Assembly (NCBI GenBank): GCA_026770705.1
Contig: JANJGN010000152.1
Span: 868,001 to 932,000, forward strand
Reading direction: 5' to 3'
Origin: Isurus oxyrinchus
Lineage: Eukaryota
DNA: 64,000 bases
In this document: piece by piece, positions 1-11,299 of the stretch
How positions within the stretch are numbered: the first letter of the stretch is position 1
Layout of the letters: every line of letters begins with the position of its first letter
Notes under the pieces: model-generated
Databases searched by the model: none
What the model was told of the DNA's origin: nothing
What the model saw: only the letters and a program-made list of their open reading frames with translations
Position numbers and translations under genes: made by a program

Positions 1-1290
1 AAGAGTAACTCGTGTTTGACTAATTTTCTAGAGTTCTTTGAAGATATGACAAGCAAAGTGGATAATGGGGATCCTGTGGTTGTAGTATATCTGGACTTCC
101 AGAAGGCATTTGATAAGGTGTCACACATAAGATTAATAAACAAGGTAAGATCACAAGGAGTTAGGGGTTATATATTAGTTTGGATAGAGGATTGGCTAAC
201 CAACAGAAAGCAGAGGTTCTGGATAAATGGCTCTTTTTCTAGATGGCAAGCTGTAACTAGTGGGGTGCCAAAAAGTTCGGTCCTTGGGCCCCAACTATCT
301 ACAATCTAAATTAATGACTTGGATTTAGGGATAGAAGGCACTGTAGCTAAATTTTCATATGACACCAAAATAGGTAGGAAAGTAAGTTGCAGTGAAGAAG
401 TGAGAAATTTACAAATGGATATGGGCAGCTTAGGTGAACGGGCCAAAATTTGGCAGATGGAGTTTATCACAGATGAGGTTATTAATTTTGGTTGGAAGAA
501 TAAAAAGGCAACTTATTATTTAAATGGAGAGAAACTTGAGAATGCTTCAGTGCAGAGGGATCTGGGTGTCCTCGTGCATGAATCGCTGAAAGTTAGTATG
601 CACGGACAGCAGGTAAGAAGGAAGAAAAATGGAATTTTGGCATTTATTGCAAAAGGAATAGAGGATAAAAATAGGAAATTGTTGTTGCAATTGTTCAAGG
701 TATTGGTGAGACCTTACCTGGAGTACTGTGCACAGTTATGGTCCCCTTACTTGAGGAAGGATGCAATTGCATTGAAGGCAGTTCAGAGCAGGTTTACTAG
801 ATTGGTTCCAGAGATGCGGGGCTTGTCTTATGAGGAGAGATTAAGCGGTTTAGGCCGATATTCGCGCGAGTTTAGAAGGGTGAGAGGAGATCTAATTGAG
901 GTATAGAAGATGCTAAAGGGAATAGATGAAGTAGACGTGGAGCGGATGTTTTCACTTGTGGGGCATTCTAGAACGAGAGGCCATAGTCTTAGGCTAAGGG
1001 GTGGCAGATTTAAATCATAAATGAGGAGCAATTACTTTTCTCAAAGGGCCGTGAATCTGTGGAATTCACTACCTCAGAGTGCAATGTATGCCAGGACGTT
1101 GAATAAATTGAAGGAGGAGATAGACAGATTTTTAATTAGTAATGGGTTGAGAGGTTATGGGGAGAGGATGGGATATTGCAGTTGAGGCCGAAATGAAATC
1201 AGCCATGATCGTATTGAATAGCTGGGCAGGTTCGAGGGACTGAATCGCCTACACCTGCTGCTCGTTCTTATATTCTTATGTTATGTTTTA
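1..1290 (+). mobile_element. CR1-type LINE fragment (RT domain to 3' tail), degenerate
   Basis: ORFs 16-309 and 319-906 carry CR1 RT motifs (YLDFQKAFDKV, SGVPKSSVLGP, LVRPYLEYCAQLWSP, RGDLIEV); microsatellite-like tail ttcttatg at ~1270-1300. Confidence 0.9.
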
Positions 1291-1748
1291 TGTTCTTATT
1301 TCACTGCCATTTGTTCAGAGCTGGAACCACTGCAGAATATTCGGCTATGTGGAAAATGCGGAGACGAAAGATGAATTGTATAACTCTTTCCATGAAGTCT
1401 AGACGTGGCTCAGTCCTTCTTCTAAGATTCTAAACACCTTATTTCAGTCAGTTGAACAGTGAGCAGGTGCAGGATGGTTAGAGAATTCTGCAGATTCAAC
1501 CGTCGCTATTTCCGCTCCAGCAGTACCAGGTGCAGCTGAGAGTCACTGCACACTTCGTTCAATATTCAGTCTGCGCCCACAGTTTCCGTTTTCTGCTGTT
1601 GCTCTGATCCGATTGTGCATTGGAGTGATTGCTGCCGCTGGTCCATCCCTGCCATTGGTTGGGTCAGCAGTGCAGTGGGACAGGGATCTGTATTTCTGCT
1701 CTGGCAGAGAATTTCCTGCATTGCAAAGTTGCAGACTCAGGAAGTTCC

Positions 1749-2152
1749 ATGGGGAACCGTCTCGCTCCGCTCCTCATCACTTCTCAGTAAGTATTTCCTT
1801 CCCAGTAAAACTCCATTCTCTTCCTGATGCTGTAACCCAGATGTTGTTTTTAGTAAGAAAATGGTGATGTTGATGACGATTATGTTTACTTAAATGAGGC
1901 TGATGCTGATTGTTGTTATTGCTATTGTTTTATGTTAGAATGGAGCCACCCAGAGACAGTGGAACAACCGGTTGCTGAAATAACGGCGGAAGATTAAAGT
2001 AATGTCACACTAACTTGCACCTTGAAAACAAGCGATTCTAACCCTTATGTGTACTGGTACAGTCAGCGCCGCGGGCAGCCTCCACAGTACATGCTTCACA
2101 TTCGGGGAGGGAAACAATACAGACACACCGACATCACCGATCGCTTTTCAGC
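1749..2152 (+). pseudogene. TCR alpha/delta-type V pseudogene (frameshifted leader 1749-1786; V exon from 1939, 3'-deleted)
   Basis: Exon after the ag at 1937-38 reads ETVEQPVAEITAED*SNVTLTCTLKTSDSNPYVYWYSQRRGQPPQYMLHIRG..DRFSAQ; in-frame TAA at 1995; FR3, second Cys and RSS missing; leader MGNRLAPLLI with gtaagt donor. Confidence 0.8.
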
Positions 2153-2167
2153 TCAGCAGAGGGCGCT
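2153..2167 (+). promoter_or_regulatory. CTCF-like binding element downstream of V pseudogene
   Basis: tcagcagagggcgct matches the CTCF core CCASYAGRKGGCRS except at position 1. Confidence 0.55.
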
Positions 2168-2744
2168 CTCACACCCATAAATAGAAACAATAATCATGCC
2201 TCCACAGTGGGAGGCACAGAGACCGTCCTAAAATTGCACCAAAACACAACCCCTTACAAGAACTGACAATGATCGCTTCAGCAGTAATATCAATGTGCGT
2301 TTTCAACTCTCACACCTAAGAAAAATGAACACTACGAATCGATATATGGTGCTTTAACTCATCTTTCTTTTCCTTGGATGCGTTTCCCTGCCGACTTGTT
2401 CTCTCTCAGCCTCTGTCTCCACCCGTTACGAATAATTTCAGACATTCCCTTCTTCCTGTCTTTAGTTTAACCGTTTCAGACCATTGATACTTGTTGAACA
2501 TTAACACAGACTAATCCAGCTGCTCATAGATACAACCCTCGTTTTATCCCAAGTCGCTAATGATAATTCCCTTTATTATTGAATAATTTACTAATTCTGA
2601 CTTGCCGGTGCTCACCCTGCTCTCCCCCAATATGGAATGAATATGAAAGTGCCGCAGCTGTTATAGAGAGGCAGAGTTATGTCATTTTCGAAGGGGACAA
2701 TACTATTGACTTCAGCTGCTTACAAATGGATTCCATGTGTGACA

Positions 2745-3020
2745 AGACTTCCTGATGTAGCCCCGCCCACAGCTTCCGTTTGCTGTCGCCTCTCTGACCC
2801 GCCTTATTATTGGACCGAATGCTGCCTGTGTTCTAGTTGGCATTGTTTGGGCCGGCAGTTCAGTGGGGCCGGGCTCAGTATTTCTGCTCTGACAGAGGTT
2901 TTCCCGGACTGCAGCAATGCAGAGGAGGACCATCCTGCGGAACACCCTCAGTCCGCTCATCATCATTATCTTACTTCTCAATACGTATTTCCTTCCTAGT
3001 GAAACTCTATTCACTCCATT
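2745..3020 (+). pseudogene. Orphan V promoter plus leader exon (V exon deleted)
   Basis: Paralogous to 1650-1820 (cagtggg..gtatttctgctctg; leader LRNTLSPLIIIILLL with donor mutated to atacgt); runs directly into sequence that is an inverted copy of 4900-5080. Confidence 0.55.
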
Positions 3021-3921
3021 CTGGGAATCCTTGTCGGTTGAGGTTTGCATCGAATTTCGGGCAGGTGCAGCCAGAATGTCCAGCGGTGCTGTCAACCGCT
3101 CAAACACACACCGAGAGGAAACCACTTTAACCTCAGATCAAACTGTCACCCAACTGTTTCCAGGAGCGACCGAGAGAATAAACTGCAGAATCCGATCCGA
3201 CTGACAGAATCAGATTTGAAGATACCCATTCCAATCCCCACCCTTAATAGTTTGCTGCTATGTGTCAGGTAGTTTTCATCTCACTTCTTTGTGTCTCCAT
3301 GGGTCCGTGAGATCCTTCGGTGGTGAGCTGACTGACATTGAATGGAAAAATCCTGAGCTGGACTACAGTCAGATAGGGGAAATCCTGCACTTTTAGAGAT
3401 GGGCGTGGTGGGGGGGGGGGGGGGGGAGGTGGGGGGGCGTGGAGTTCAATCCTGATCTGTTCATTATCACTAGCAAATTTGGGATTGTTAATGGGTACAG
3501 AAAATATTCCAGCATTGAAGGAACATTCTGAAGCTCAATGGTCAATGGGTGAACTCGAGATCTGAAGTTTGTTTTAGACATCACAGTCACTGCCTCGTGA
3601 GCTGGGTTCATTGTGTATAAATGGGGAAGGGTTGTTCAATATTACAGACAGGCACTGAAACTGCATAAAAAGGCAATAAGTAAATGAAAGTGATCAAATT
3701 GATTTATGAAAATCGATTATGGTACAAACTCGAGTTGAAATCAACTAATATAATTGCGCAAGTATTCCTCAGCTCTTCTTCTTTGCTGCTGTTATTAGGT
3801 GTTTTAGGAAGGTCCCTGTGACCCTCACTGTGGAGGCTCCTTTATTGCTTTTGTTTAGCCGGAGTGAGACTGCCCGCTTTGATGTCTGTACAGATTACAA
3901 TCCGTCAGTGTCTCGCTGGCA

Positions 3922-3960
3922 GGTGTTTGTACGATCTCTACTGATCTTTGCTGGACTGTG
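3922..3960 (-). other. 23-RSS of TCR V
   Basis: Minus strand: cacagtc, 23-nt spacer, acaaacacc. Confidence 0.9.
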
Positions 3961-4461
3961 TCCCAACCGCACAGAAATAGGTGGTGGTGTCTGTCACTCG
4001 AGCGTCACTAACATTCAGAGCACTGCTCTTCTCTACTGCAATCAACCGAGCTGTGATCCTGTCCCGAACACTGGCCAGGTGCTGCACGGTTCTGTCCGGG
4101 TGTTGCCTGTACCAGTGTAGGATCTGTCCTCCTACTCTAATGGAACAGCTGAACGATGCAGTTTCTCCTTTGGTAGCAACCACTGACTTGGGAGATTGTG
4201 ACATTTCTTCACTGTCAGTGGAGTCTGAGAAGAATATGTAGATATAGAGTAATAAGATGAAATCAATATTATCTAGCACAATAAACTATAATATAGCACA
4301 ATAAGAACAAGATAATAGAAGATATGCAATAAAGTAAAGTACAATGTAAAATAACATAAGGGATGTATAAAGTATTCTGGTCAGGAATAGTGAGCACACT
4401 AACACGGAGGGAAAAGTAAGAAATCCAGGGAGATGATCACTAAAGTGAGGCTCAGCTTCAT
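3961..4461 (-). CDS. TCR alpha/delta-type V gene segment, open frame (leader 4404-4461, V exon 3961-4224), lacking CDR2/C''
   Basis: Leader MKLSLTLVIISLDFLLFPP with phase-1 gttagt donor; V: EEMSQSPKSVVATKGETASFSC..LHWYRQHP..DTTTYFCAVG; intact RSS follows. Confidence 0.8.
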
Positions 4462-4694
4462 GTCGGACCCTATCGACTTCAGTAAAGTAACTCTCAACAG
4501 ATTCAGGCCAAGAGGCGCTGTCGGGGGAGGCAGCGCTGTGCCCTATCAAACTGAGCCCAACACCAGTTACACTGCGTCCGCCAGACCGGAGTCTCTGGGA
4601 CTTGTGATCACAAACTGAAGCTGCGATGGAGCTTCAGCATGATGGGGCGTGGGGGAGGGGAGTGCGCATGCGTCAGAGCATCCGCCAGTAAGAC

Positions 4695-4765
4695 TCCACC
4701 CACAGCCTGTGTGACGTCACCCTGCAGCTGTGAGACGTCTTCGCCCTGCAGTCAGTGTGATGTCA
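4695..4765. promoter_or_regulatory. CRE-containing V promoter region
   Basis: Perfect palindrome gtgacgtcac at 4711-4720, plus tgatgtca at ~4757 and a CACCC box, ~250 bp upstream of the ATG at 4461. Confidence 0.5.
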
Positions 4766-5126
4766 GACGGTCTGGTTTGAGGATCAGAAACATCTTTCCC
4801 GGAGCTGATCTGAATATCGAGCTCGGAGTTTAAGGGAAATAAAAGCTGATCAGAAACAGGAAAGATGGTTTAACCTGTAGATTTATTTGACATGTGTTCG
4901 GTAGGGTCGGATTCTGCAGTTTGTTTTCTTGGCCGCTGCTGGAAACAGTTGTTGCCGGTTTGATCCGAGGTGAATGTGGTTTTCTCTCAGTGTGTGTTTG
5001 AGTTGCTGACAGCGCCGCTGGACATTATGGCTGCACCTGCCCTGGATTCTGTACAAACCCCAACAGGCAGGAGCTCCCAAGCACAGCACAAAGTACTGGG
5101 GAGTGAGATTGCTTCCCAACATAAAC

Positions 5127-5570
5127 CCCGGTTGTGCCCTGCTTCTGATGAGCTCTTCACAGTTCACTTCCTTAACTCAGAGAGAGGTGTGACTGTCTGA
5201 ACGGTCCTTTTGCTGTTGTCTGTCTCACCAATTGCCTGCAGACATGAGTAAGACTGCCCCTGTAAATACAGCCCGATCGGGATCAGCCGGTACCAGAATA
5301 AAACGCATTCACTCCGTGAAATATCATCAGTGAAACTTAAACCAGCTACTTCTCCTTCAGTCTTAACATTTGAGGACAGTATCTGAGTAACGATCTCCAT
5401 AACTCAGACCTGAAACACATGATCAAACAGAAAATGCTCATACAGGAGAGTGTTTAAAACTCAGATTGAAACCATGTTTTGAAAATGAGATGAAATGTGT
5501 TTATTTCACTGTTCCCTGTCAGGAATACCCCGGTCACTCCCCATACACCCCAATTGCTGCTTGTCGACAT
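5127..5570 (-). pseudogene. TCR alpha-type V pseudogene
   Basis: Leader MSTSSNWGVWGVTGVFLT (5516-5570, donor mutated); exon from 5409 reads GLSYGD/VTQ..EGEVAGLSF..LFWYR with frameshifts; degenerate RSS aactgtg-22-acaaccggg at 5127-5164. Confidence 0.7.
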
Positions 5571-6290
5571 TGTCGCTGTCCGCTCTGTGAAAGGGAAATT
5601 GAGATTAGCAGAAACCATCAATAATCGGTTGTTATTCTCGGGACCCTCTCACCTCATTCCCTTGTGTATCCGTTGGTTCTTTAAGACCTGTAGGTGGTGG
5701 GGTGGGCGGGGGGTTTGGTAGCGGAGGGGAGCGGCTGTCAGTGAATGTAAATAGCCCGAGCGGGGCTATTGTCTGTGTCCTTATAACGGAAATATTATAT
5801 TATTAGGGACAGGGGTGGGGATGGATCCCCTTGTCTGGTTATTGAAAAACAGAAACACCGGGTTGTGAATGGTGTAAGAAAATATCAAGCAGACACTCGA
5901 AAGGACAATGCACATTGAGGGAACTCTGTGCTTGGGGCTTGTTTAAAAGAGCGCAATCATTCCCTTGTGAAATGTGTTCATTTTCTACCTACCTTCCATG
6001 AACCAGAAAAATAGTCTGGTCAAATAGACAACATGTGCCGGCGTTGACCAAAGAGACTTTGAAAGAGACAGTGGAGATCGAGAAAGGGGCAATAATTCTC
6101 GACAGGCAAGGAAAGATCATCAAAAGGCAAAATGTGAATTAACGCACCACAAATTAATTTGGGAAATTCATGTTTAGTATAGATGCGTGCTAAAATCCCA
6201 ACTCATAGAATTCCTCAGTTGCTGCTCAGCTGTTCTTGTTCAGCGTTATGATTGGTTTTGATATTTCATTAATGACCATGTGACACCTAC

Positions 6291-6518
6291 AGGCCTAAAT
6301 AGCCAAGTGGTTATGGTACTGGGTTTGTAACACCAAAATTGAGAGTTCAAATCTCACAATGGCAAAACTGTGAAACAATGTAACTTCATCTGAAACAGAT
6401 GGAAACGGGTTTGTGCTCGAAAGAGTATCAAGAGTTCAAATCTCACAATGGCAAGCTATGAAACAATGTAACTTCATCTGAAACAGTTGGAAACGTGTTT
6501 GTACTCGAAAGAGTTACA
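6291..6518 (+). mobile_element. tRNA-derived SINE with internal ~89-bp tandem duplication
   Basis: A box tagccaagtgg, ttgtaa anticodon-like loop, B box gagttcaaatc; segment 6343-6426 repeated at 6432-6515; tacaggc on both sides. Confidence 0.65.
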
Positions 6519-6549
6519 GGCTGAATTGTTTCCGTTTTTTCGGTGTGAC

Positions 6550-6564
6550 AGCCCCCTCTGCTGA
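6550..6564 (-). promoter_or_regulatory. CTCF-like element ~23 bp downstream of V RSS
   Basis: Minus strand tcagcagagggggct; paralog of 2153-2167. Confidence 0.55.
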
Positions 6565-6587
6565 GCACTGACTGGAATTCCCAGCAG

Positions 6588-6627
6588 GGTTTTTGTACGG
6601 GATACGCTATATCTCTGCAGCAGTGTG
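6588..6627 (-). other. RSS (24-nt spacer) of TRAV-like pseudogene
   Basis: cacactg, 24 nt, acaaaaacc (consensus nonamer). Confidence 0.85.
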
Positions 6628-7058
6628 GGCTCCATGGCACAGAAATACACGGCGCTGTCGGAGAGAAAAGCCCCAGCGGTATTTAAAGGAACCGTTTTGT
6701 TCCCATTGTGCAAAACAGCGGAGAATCTATCTGGGAAATCTGGAAATTTTCTGCATTCCCCGAGCTATATATCTTCATTAAATATCTCGGAGCTTCCCCG
6801 GGGTACTGGATGTACCAGAACAGAGTTACACCAGCTGCCGAATAAATACATTCCAGTTTTATGCCTTGTCCTTCAAGAGCCGCTAATTTAGGGGGATCCT
6901 GGGACACTGAATCTTGACCATTTGTTCCTGGAACAAAACACAGAACGTATCAAATATCTGGAATTGAATATAACAAATGGAACAGACACTGACCATTTAA
7001 ACATTGACTCACCAGGCAGTAAGATCATTATTATCATTAAGGGGCACTGGGAGCATAT
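6628..7058 (-). pseudogene. TRAV: TCR alpha V pseudogene (1-nt frameshift near 6745; leader start apparently ATA)
   Basis: QDSVSQDP..EGQGIKLECIYS..LFWYIQYPGEAPRYLMKI / DRFSAVL..LSDSAVYFCAME; leader 7013-7058 with gtgagt donor; V exon 6628-6927. Confidence 0.85.
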
Positions 7059-7269
7059 GGTGTCAGGATTAGAATTCGGATGAAGTAAGATAAGATTAGA
7101 AATATGTTGACACTCTGTTCTGAGATAAAGAGGAAATTCGGATCGGGGCAAGCTTCACTTATTGAGAAACTGAAAGGCATTTCCCAGCGACATGATTGGC
7201 TGCTCTCTCAAGACTGATGACAATTGGGCACCAATTGCTTCTGGGCCGATTATTTTCCCTGACTTTCTC

Positions 7270-9060
7270 TTTCTCCCTGTCTTTCTCGGTAGCTCAGGTA
7301 CTTTCTTCATCGGAGGGTCTATCTGTCTCATTCCGTCGTTGATGTAATGAGGCCAGGAGCTCAGTGGCCCTGGCGGAACTCAAACTGGGTGTCAGTGAGC
7401 AACTCATTGCTAAGCAAGTGCTGCTTGGTCGCACTGTTGATGACCCGTTCCATATCTTTACTGATGATCGAGAATAGTCTGTTCGGGCGGTTGGGTTTGT
7501 CCTGCTTTTTGTGTGCAAGGTATACCTGGGACATTTTTCACGTTGCTGGGTATATTCCTGTGTTGTGGCTGTACAGGAAAATATTCGGTCTGAGTGCGGC
7601 AAGTTCTGGAGCACACATGTTCAGTACTTTTGCCCGAATATTGTCAGTGCCAATAGCCTTTGTCATATCCAGTGCCTTCAACCGTTTCTTGATATCACCA
7701 GGAGAGAATCGAATTGGCTGAAGACTGGCATCTGTGATTGTGGGAACCTCTGGAGGAAGCCGAAGATTGCAATAAATGTTTCAGTCTTATCTTTTGCACT
7801 GACCTGCTAGACTCTTTCTTCATAGGGGATGGGGATATTGGAGACGCCACTTCCTCTAGCAAGTTGTTTAATTGTCCACCACCATTCATGGCTGGATGTG
7901 GCAGCACGACAGAGCTTAGATCTGATCCGTTGGTTGTGGAATTGTTTAGCTCTGTCCATCACTTGCTGCTTATGCTGTTTGGCACGCAAGCAGTCATATG
8001 TTATAGCTTCACCAGGCTGACACCTCATTTTTAGGTATGCCTGGTGCTGCTCCTGGCATGCCTTACTGCGCTCTTCATTGAACCATGGTTGATCCACTGG
8101 CTTGATGGTAATGGTAGAGTGGGGTGTATGCCAGTCCATGAGGTTACAGGTTGTGGTTGAAAACAGTGCTGCTGCTTCTGATGGCCCACAGCGCCTAGTT
8201 GTTGTCTAAAATTGAACTGCAAGATCTTTGCGAAACCTATGCCATTTCGCACGATTGTGGTGTCACACAACACGATGGAGGGTACCCTCAATCTGGAGAT
8301 GGCAGGCAGATTGGAGGGGATGAGGTCAAATATCTTTTTCCCTCTTGTTTGTTCACATGCCCCAGACCCAGTCCAGCAGCCATGGCCTTTATGACTCAAC
8401 CAACTCTTAGGTGATGGACATTGGAGTCCCCCATTCAGATTACATTCTGTGCCCTTACCACCCTCACTGTTTCCTCCAAGTGGTGTTCAAAATGGAAGAC
8501 TACAGATTCATCAGGTGTTGGGGAGGGGGGTATTTGGTAATCACCAGGAGGTTTCCTTGCTCCTGTTTGACCTGATGCCATGAGATCTGGAGTCCATGTT
8601 GAGGGCTCCTAGGGCAACTCCTTCCCGGCTGCTGCCGGGACATAACCAGCGATGGTGGTGCCTGGGACATTGTCTGTAAGATAGTATGACTATGCTTGAC
8701 TGATCAATGAGACAGCTCTCATGTTAGTACGAAGGGCAGTGCAGTGCTGGCAGGCCTAAATTTGCCGTGTGCTCCATCCAGTTTCATTCCTTTGATGCAA
8801 CAGAGTAGAGTGGCTTACTGGGCCATTTGAGAGTTAACCCACATAGCTGTGGGTCTTAAGTCACATGTAGGCCAAACCAGGTGAGGGCAACAGATTTCCT
8901 TCCCTAAAGGACATTAGTGAACCAGATTTTTTTACAGCATTCAGCCATGGTTATCATGAGACTTATTGAACTCAAATTTCAATATCTGCTCTTGTGGGAT
9001 TGAAACTCGGCTCATACCCGGGGTCTCTGAAATATTAGTCCACCACGCCACCGCTTTCTA
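7270..9060 (-). mobile_element. L2/CR1-clade LINE fragment with SINE-like 5' portion (8800-9060)
   Basis: ORFs with KPVDQPWFNEE..AYLKMRCQP..EWWWTIKQL and an RT-proximal region; the ctggttcactaatgtcctttagggaagg motif recurs at ~40850 and ~44710. Confidence 0.75.
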
Positions 9061-9239
9061 CATTGCTATATTAGATCATGCCCAAGGATATTGGAAGACG
9101 TTGGTGTGGAAATAATGCACGCAACAGGCTAAGAAGGAGTAAAATGGCAACAGAAATAGTGTGAAACTTCTTGGAGAGCAGCAAGTGTTTCATTCTTTCC
9201 CAAGCAAGGGAAATAATAAAGAGGGATTTTAAGACCGGG

Positions 9240-9526
9240 TAAATTCAGGTCAAGTATAGATCGTTTTCATTTTTGCAATCAGTTGCACAAATTACCACCC
9301 TCTCGATGTTTATATCAAGAGCTTCTGTTTAATGCTGAGCCGAACACTTAACAATAAAATGCAGAGACTGGTGGGTAGCTGCTCATTCTCCTTGGAATAA
9401 TTTGGTCCTATTTCCCACAGAATACTAGGAACAGAGGGGTTCTCTGGTGAGGGAACGCTCAATGTCTTCTCAGTCAATGTTAACGATACTAAGTGAACAG
9501 CAATTACATTTTGAATAAAATAAAAT
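9240..9526 (-). pseudogene. Relic Ig-superfamily-like exon, inverted paralog of 43801-44077
   Basis: NVIAVHLVSLTL..ILWEIG..NEQLPTSLC..IKQKLLI aligns with NVIAIHLISLTL..IQWEME..NEQLPSSLC..ITQKLLI; both follow a splice acceptor. Confidence 0.45.
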
Positions 9527-9919
9527 CTGGAACATAATACGTGAATATAATTATTTGTTTTTGTGCACTTCACTTTTAAACAAATGATGCGTGTACACAC
9601 ATTTACACACAGGCACACACACACACTTCAACTTAACATCCCAACCTGGCTACCTCGGAGGTTCTGCAACACCTGATGTATCGGGGAAATCACTGCCATC
9701 ATATTTCAGGTCGTACCATGATCCAATAATTACTTCCCATGTCGCATATGTTGAGTTGGGCAAGATCATCAAGAATTAGTAAATATGAATTTAGACACTT
9801 TTCTCTTTTGCTCATCTTAAAGTGCATAGATCAGTCACGTTAATCTGCAATAGTTGCACCTTAAATATCGGGACTTTCCACATCAGTAGACATGGGTTCT
9901 GGATACACGAAGCCAGTAT

Positions 9920-11195
9920 GGAGCGGTAAAGGGTACATCATGTTTAACTAACTTGCTTGAGTTTTTTGATGACACAGCAGCGATGGCTGATGAGGATAAT
10001 GCTGCTGACGTGGTTTACATGGACTTCCAAAAGGCATTTGATGAAGCGCCCCACAACGGACTTGTGAAAAAAGTTGGGTATCGCTTGAATAAAATGGACG
10101 GTAACATCATGGATAGGGGACTGGCTGGGTGCCAGTAAACAAAGAATAGTTTTGAATGGTTGTTCATCGGTCTAGGGGAAGAATTATAATGAAGTTCCCC
10201 AGGGATCAGTTCTGGTACGCCTGTTTTTCATAATATTTATCAATGAACTAGATTTAGTGTACAGGGTACAGTTTCATAATATGTGGACGATGCGAAATGT
10301 GGAAACATTGCCAAATGTGGAAACATTGTGAGCCATGAGGAGGATAGTGCAGAAATTGAAAGCGACATAGACAGGTTGGTGGAATGGGCGGGCAAGTGAC
10401 AGCTGAAATTTCACACAGAGAAGGTGAGAAGTTATTCATTTTAGTCGGAAGAACACCCAGAGACAATATAAATTCAAGAGTATGATTCCAAAGGGGCTGC
10501 AGGAGCAGATGTTGATCTGTATAAGTTATTAAAAGGTGGCAGGACAAGTTGAGAGCCTGCTTAATATAGCATGCAGCATCCTGGACTTTATCAGTAGGAT
10601 AAAAGAGTATTAAAGCAAGCAGGTTAAACTTGTGTGACACGCTGCTTAGGCCTCAATTGGAGAATTGCATCCAATTCCGGGCACCACACTTTTGGAAGAA
10701 TTTGAAGGCATAAGAGAGGGCACAGGAAAGATTCATGGAAAATGTTCCAGTAGAGGAACTCCAGTTATGTATAAAGAGTGAAGAAGTTGGCTTTAAGCTC
10801 CTTGGAGAAGCTAAAGTTTAGAGGAGATTTGACTGAGGTATTAAATATCATGAAGCGCCTGGATAGGGGAGATAGGGAGAAATTGTTCTCATTGGTTGAA
10901 AGTTCGAGAGCCAGAGGGCACAAGTTTAAAGTAATCTGAAGAAGGAACAATGGAGACTAGAGGAAAAACTTTTTTTCACGCAGTGAGCTGTAAGGAATGC
11001 ACTGCCTAAGTGTCCGGTGGATTGAGGAACAATTGATGGTTTCGAAAAGAAATCGGATCATTACCTGAAAATGAAATAAAATGCTGGGCTACAGGGAAAG
11101 AGTGACAATAGGTTAACTGATTCTTCAGGGGTTCAGCACGGACACGACTGGCCGAATGACACCCTTCTGCGCTGTAAGAATTCTATGATTCTATC
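9920..11195 (+). mobile_element. CR1 LINE fragment
   Basis: VYMDFQKAFD RT motif; 3' tail ttctatgattcta. Confidence 0.85.
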
Positions 11196-11258
11196 ATTGA
11201 TATCAGATGCAGTCACTGAAACCGATATTTTCATAGTATCTGCAATAGCGGGGTCTAT

Positions 11259-11273
11259 CCAGTAGATGGCAGT
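11259..11273 (+). promoter_or_regulatory. Strong CTCF motif at the V-array/satellite boundary
   Basis: ccagtagatggcagt is a full match to CCASYAGRKGGCRS, with tgcaatag just upstream. Confidence 0.55.
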
Positions 11274-11299
11274 AGAACAGCGATTACTGGCATTTTATG

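Noticed and set aside
3440-3620. VNAR-like exon (LIC..YRK..FVLDIT)
   Set aside because: Multiple stops and frameshifts, no Trp or RSS; kept only as a weak relic paralogous to 5800-5940.
6291-6363. Functional tRNA-Thr gene
   Set aside because: Acceptor and T stems pair poorly, and the sequence continues into a duplicated body without a poly-T terminator; treated as a SINE head.
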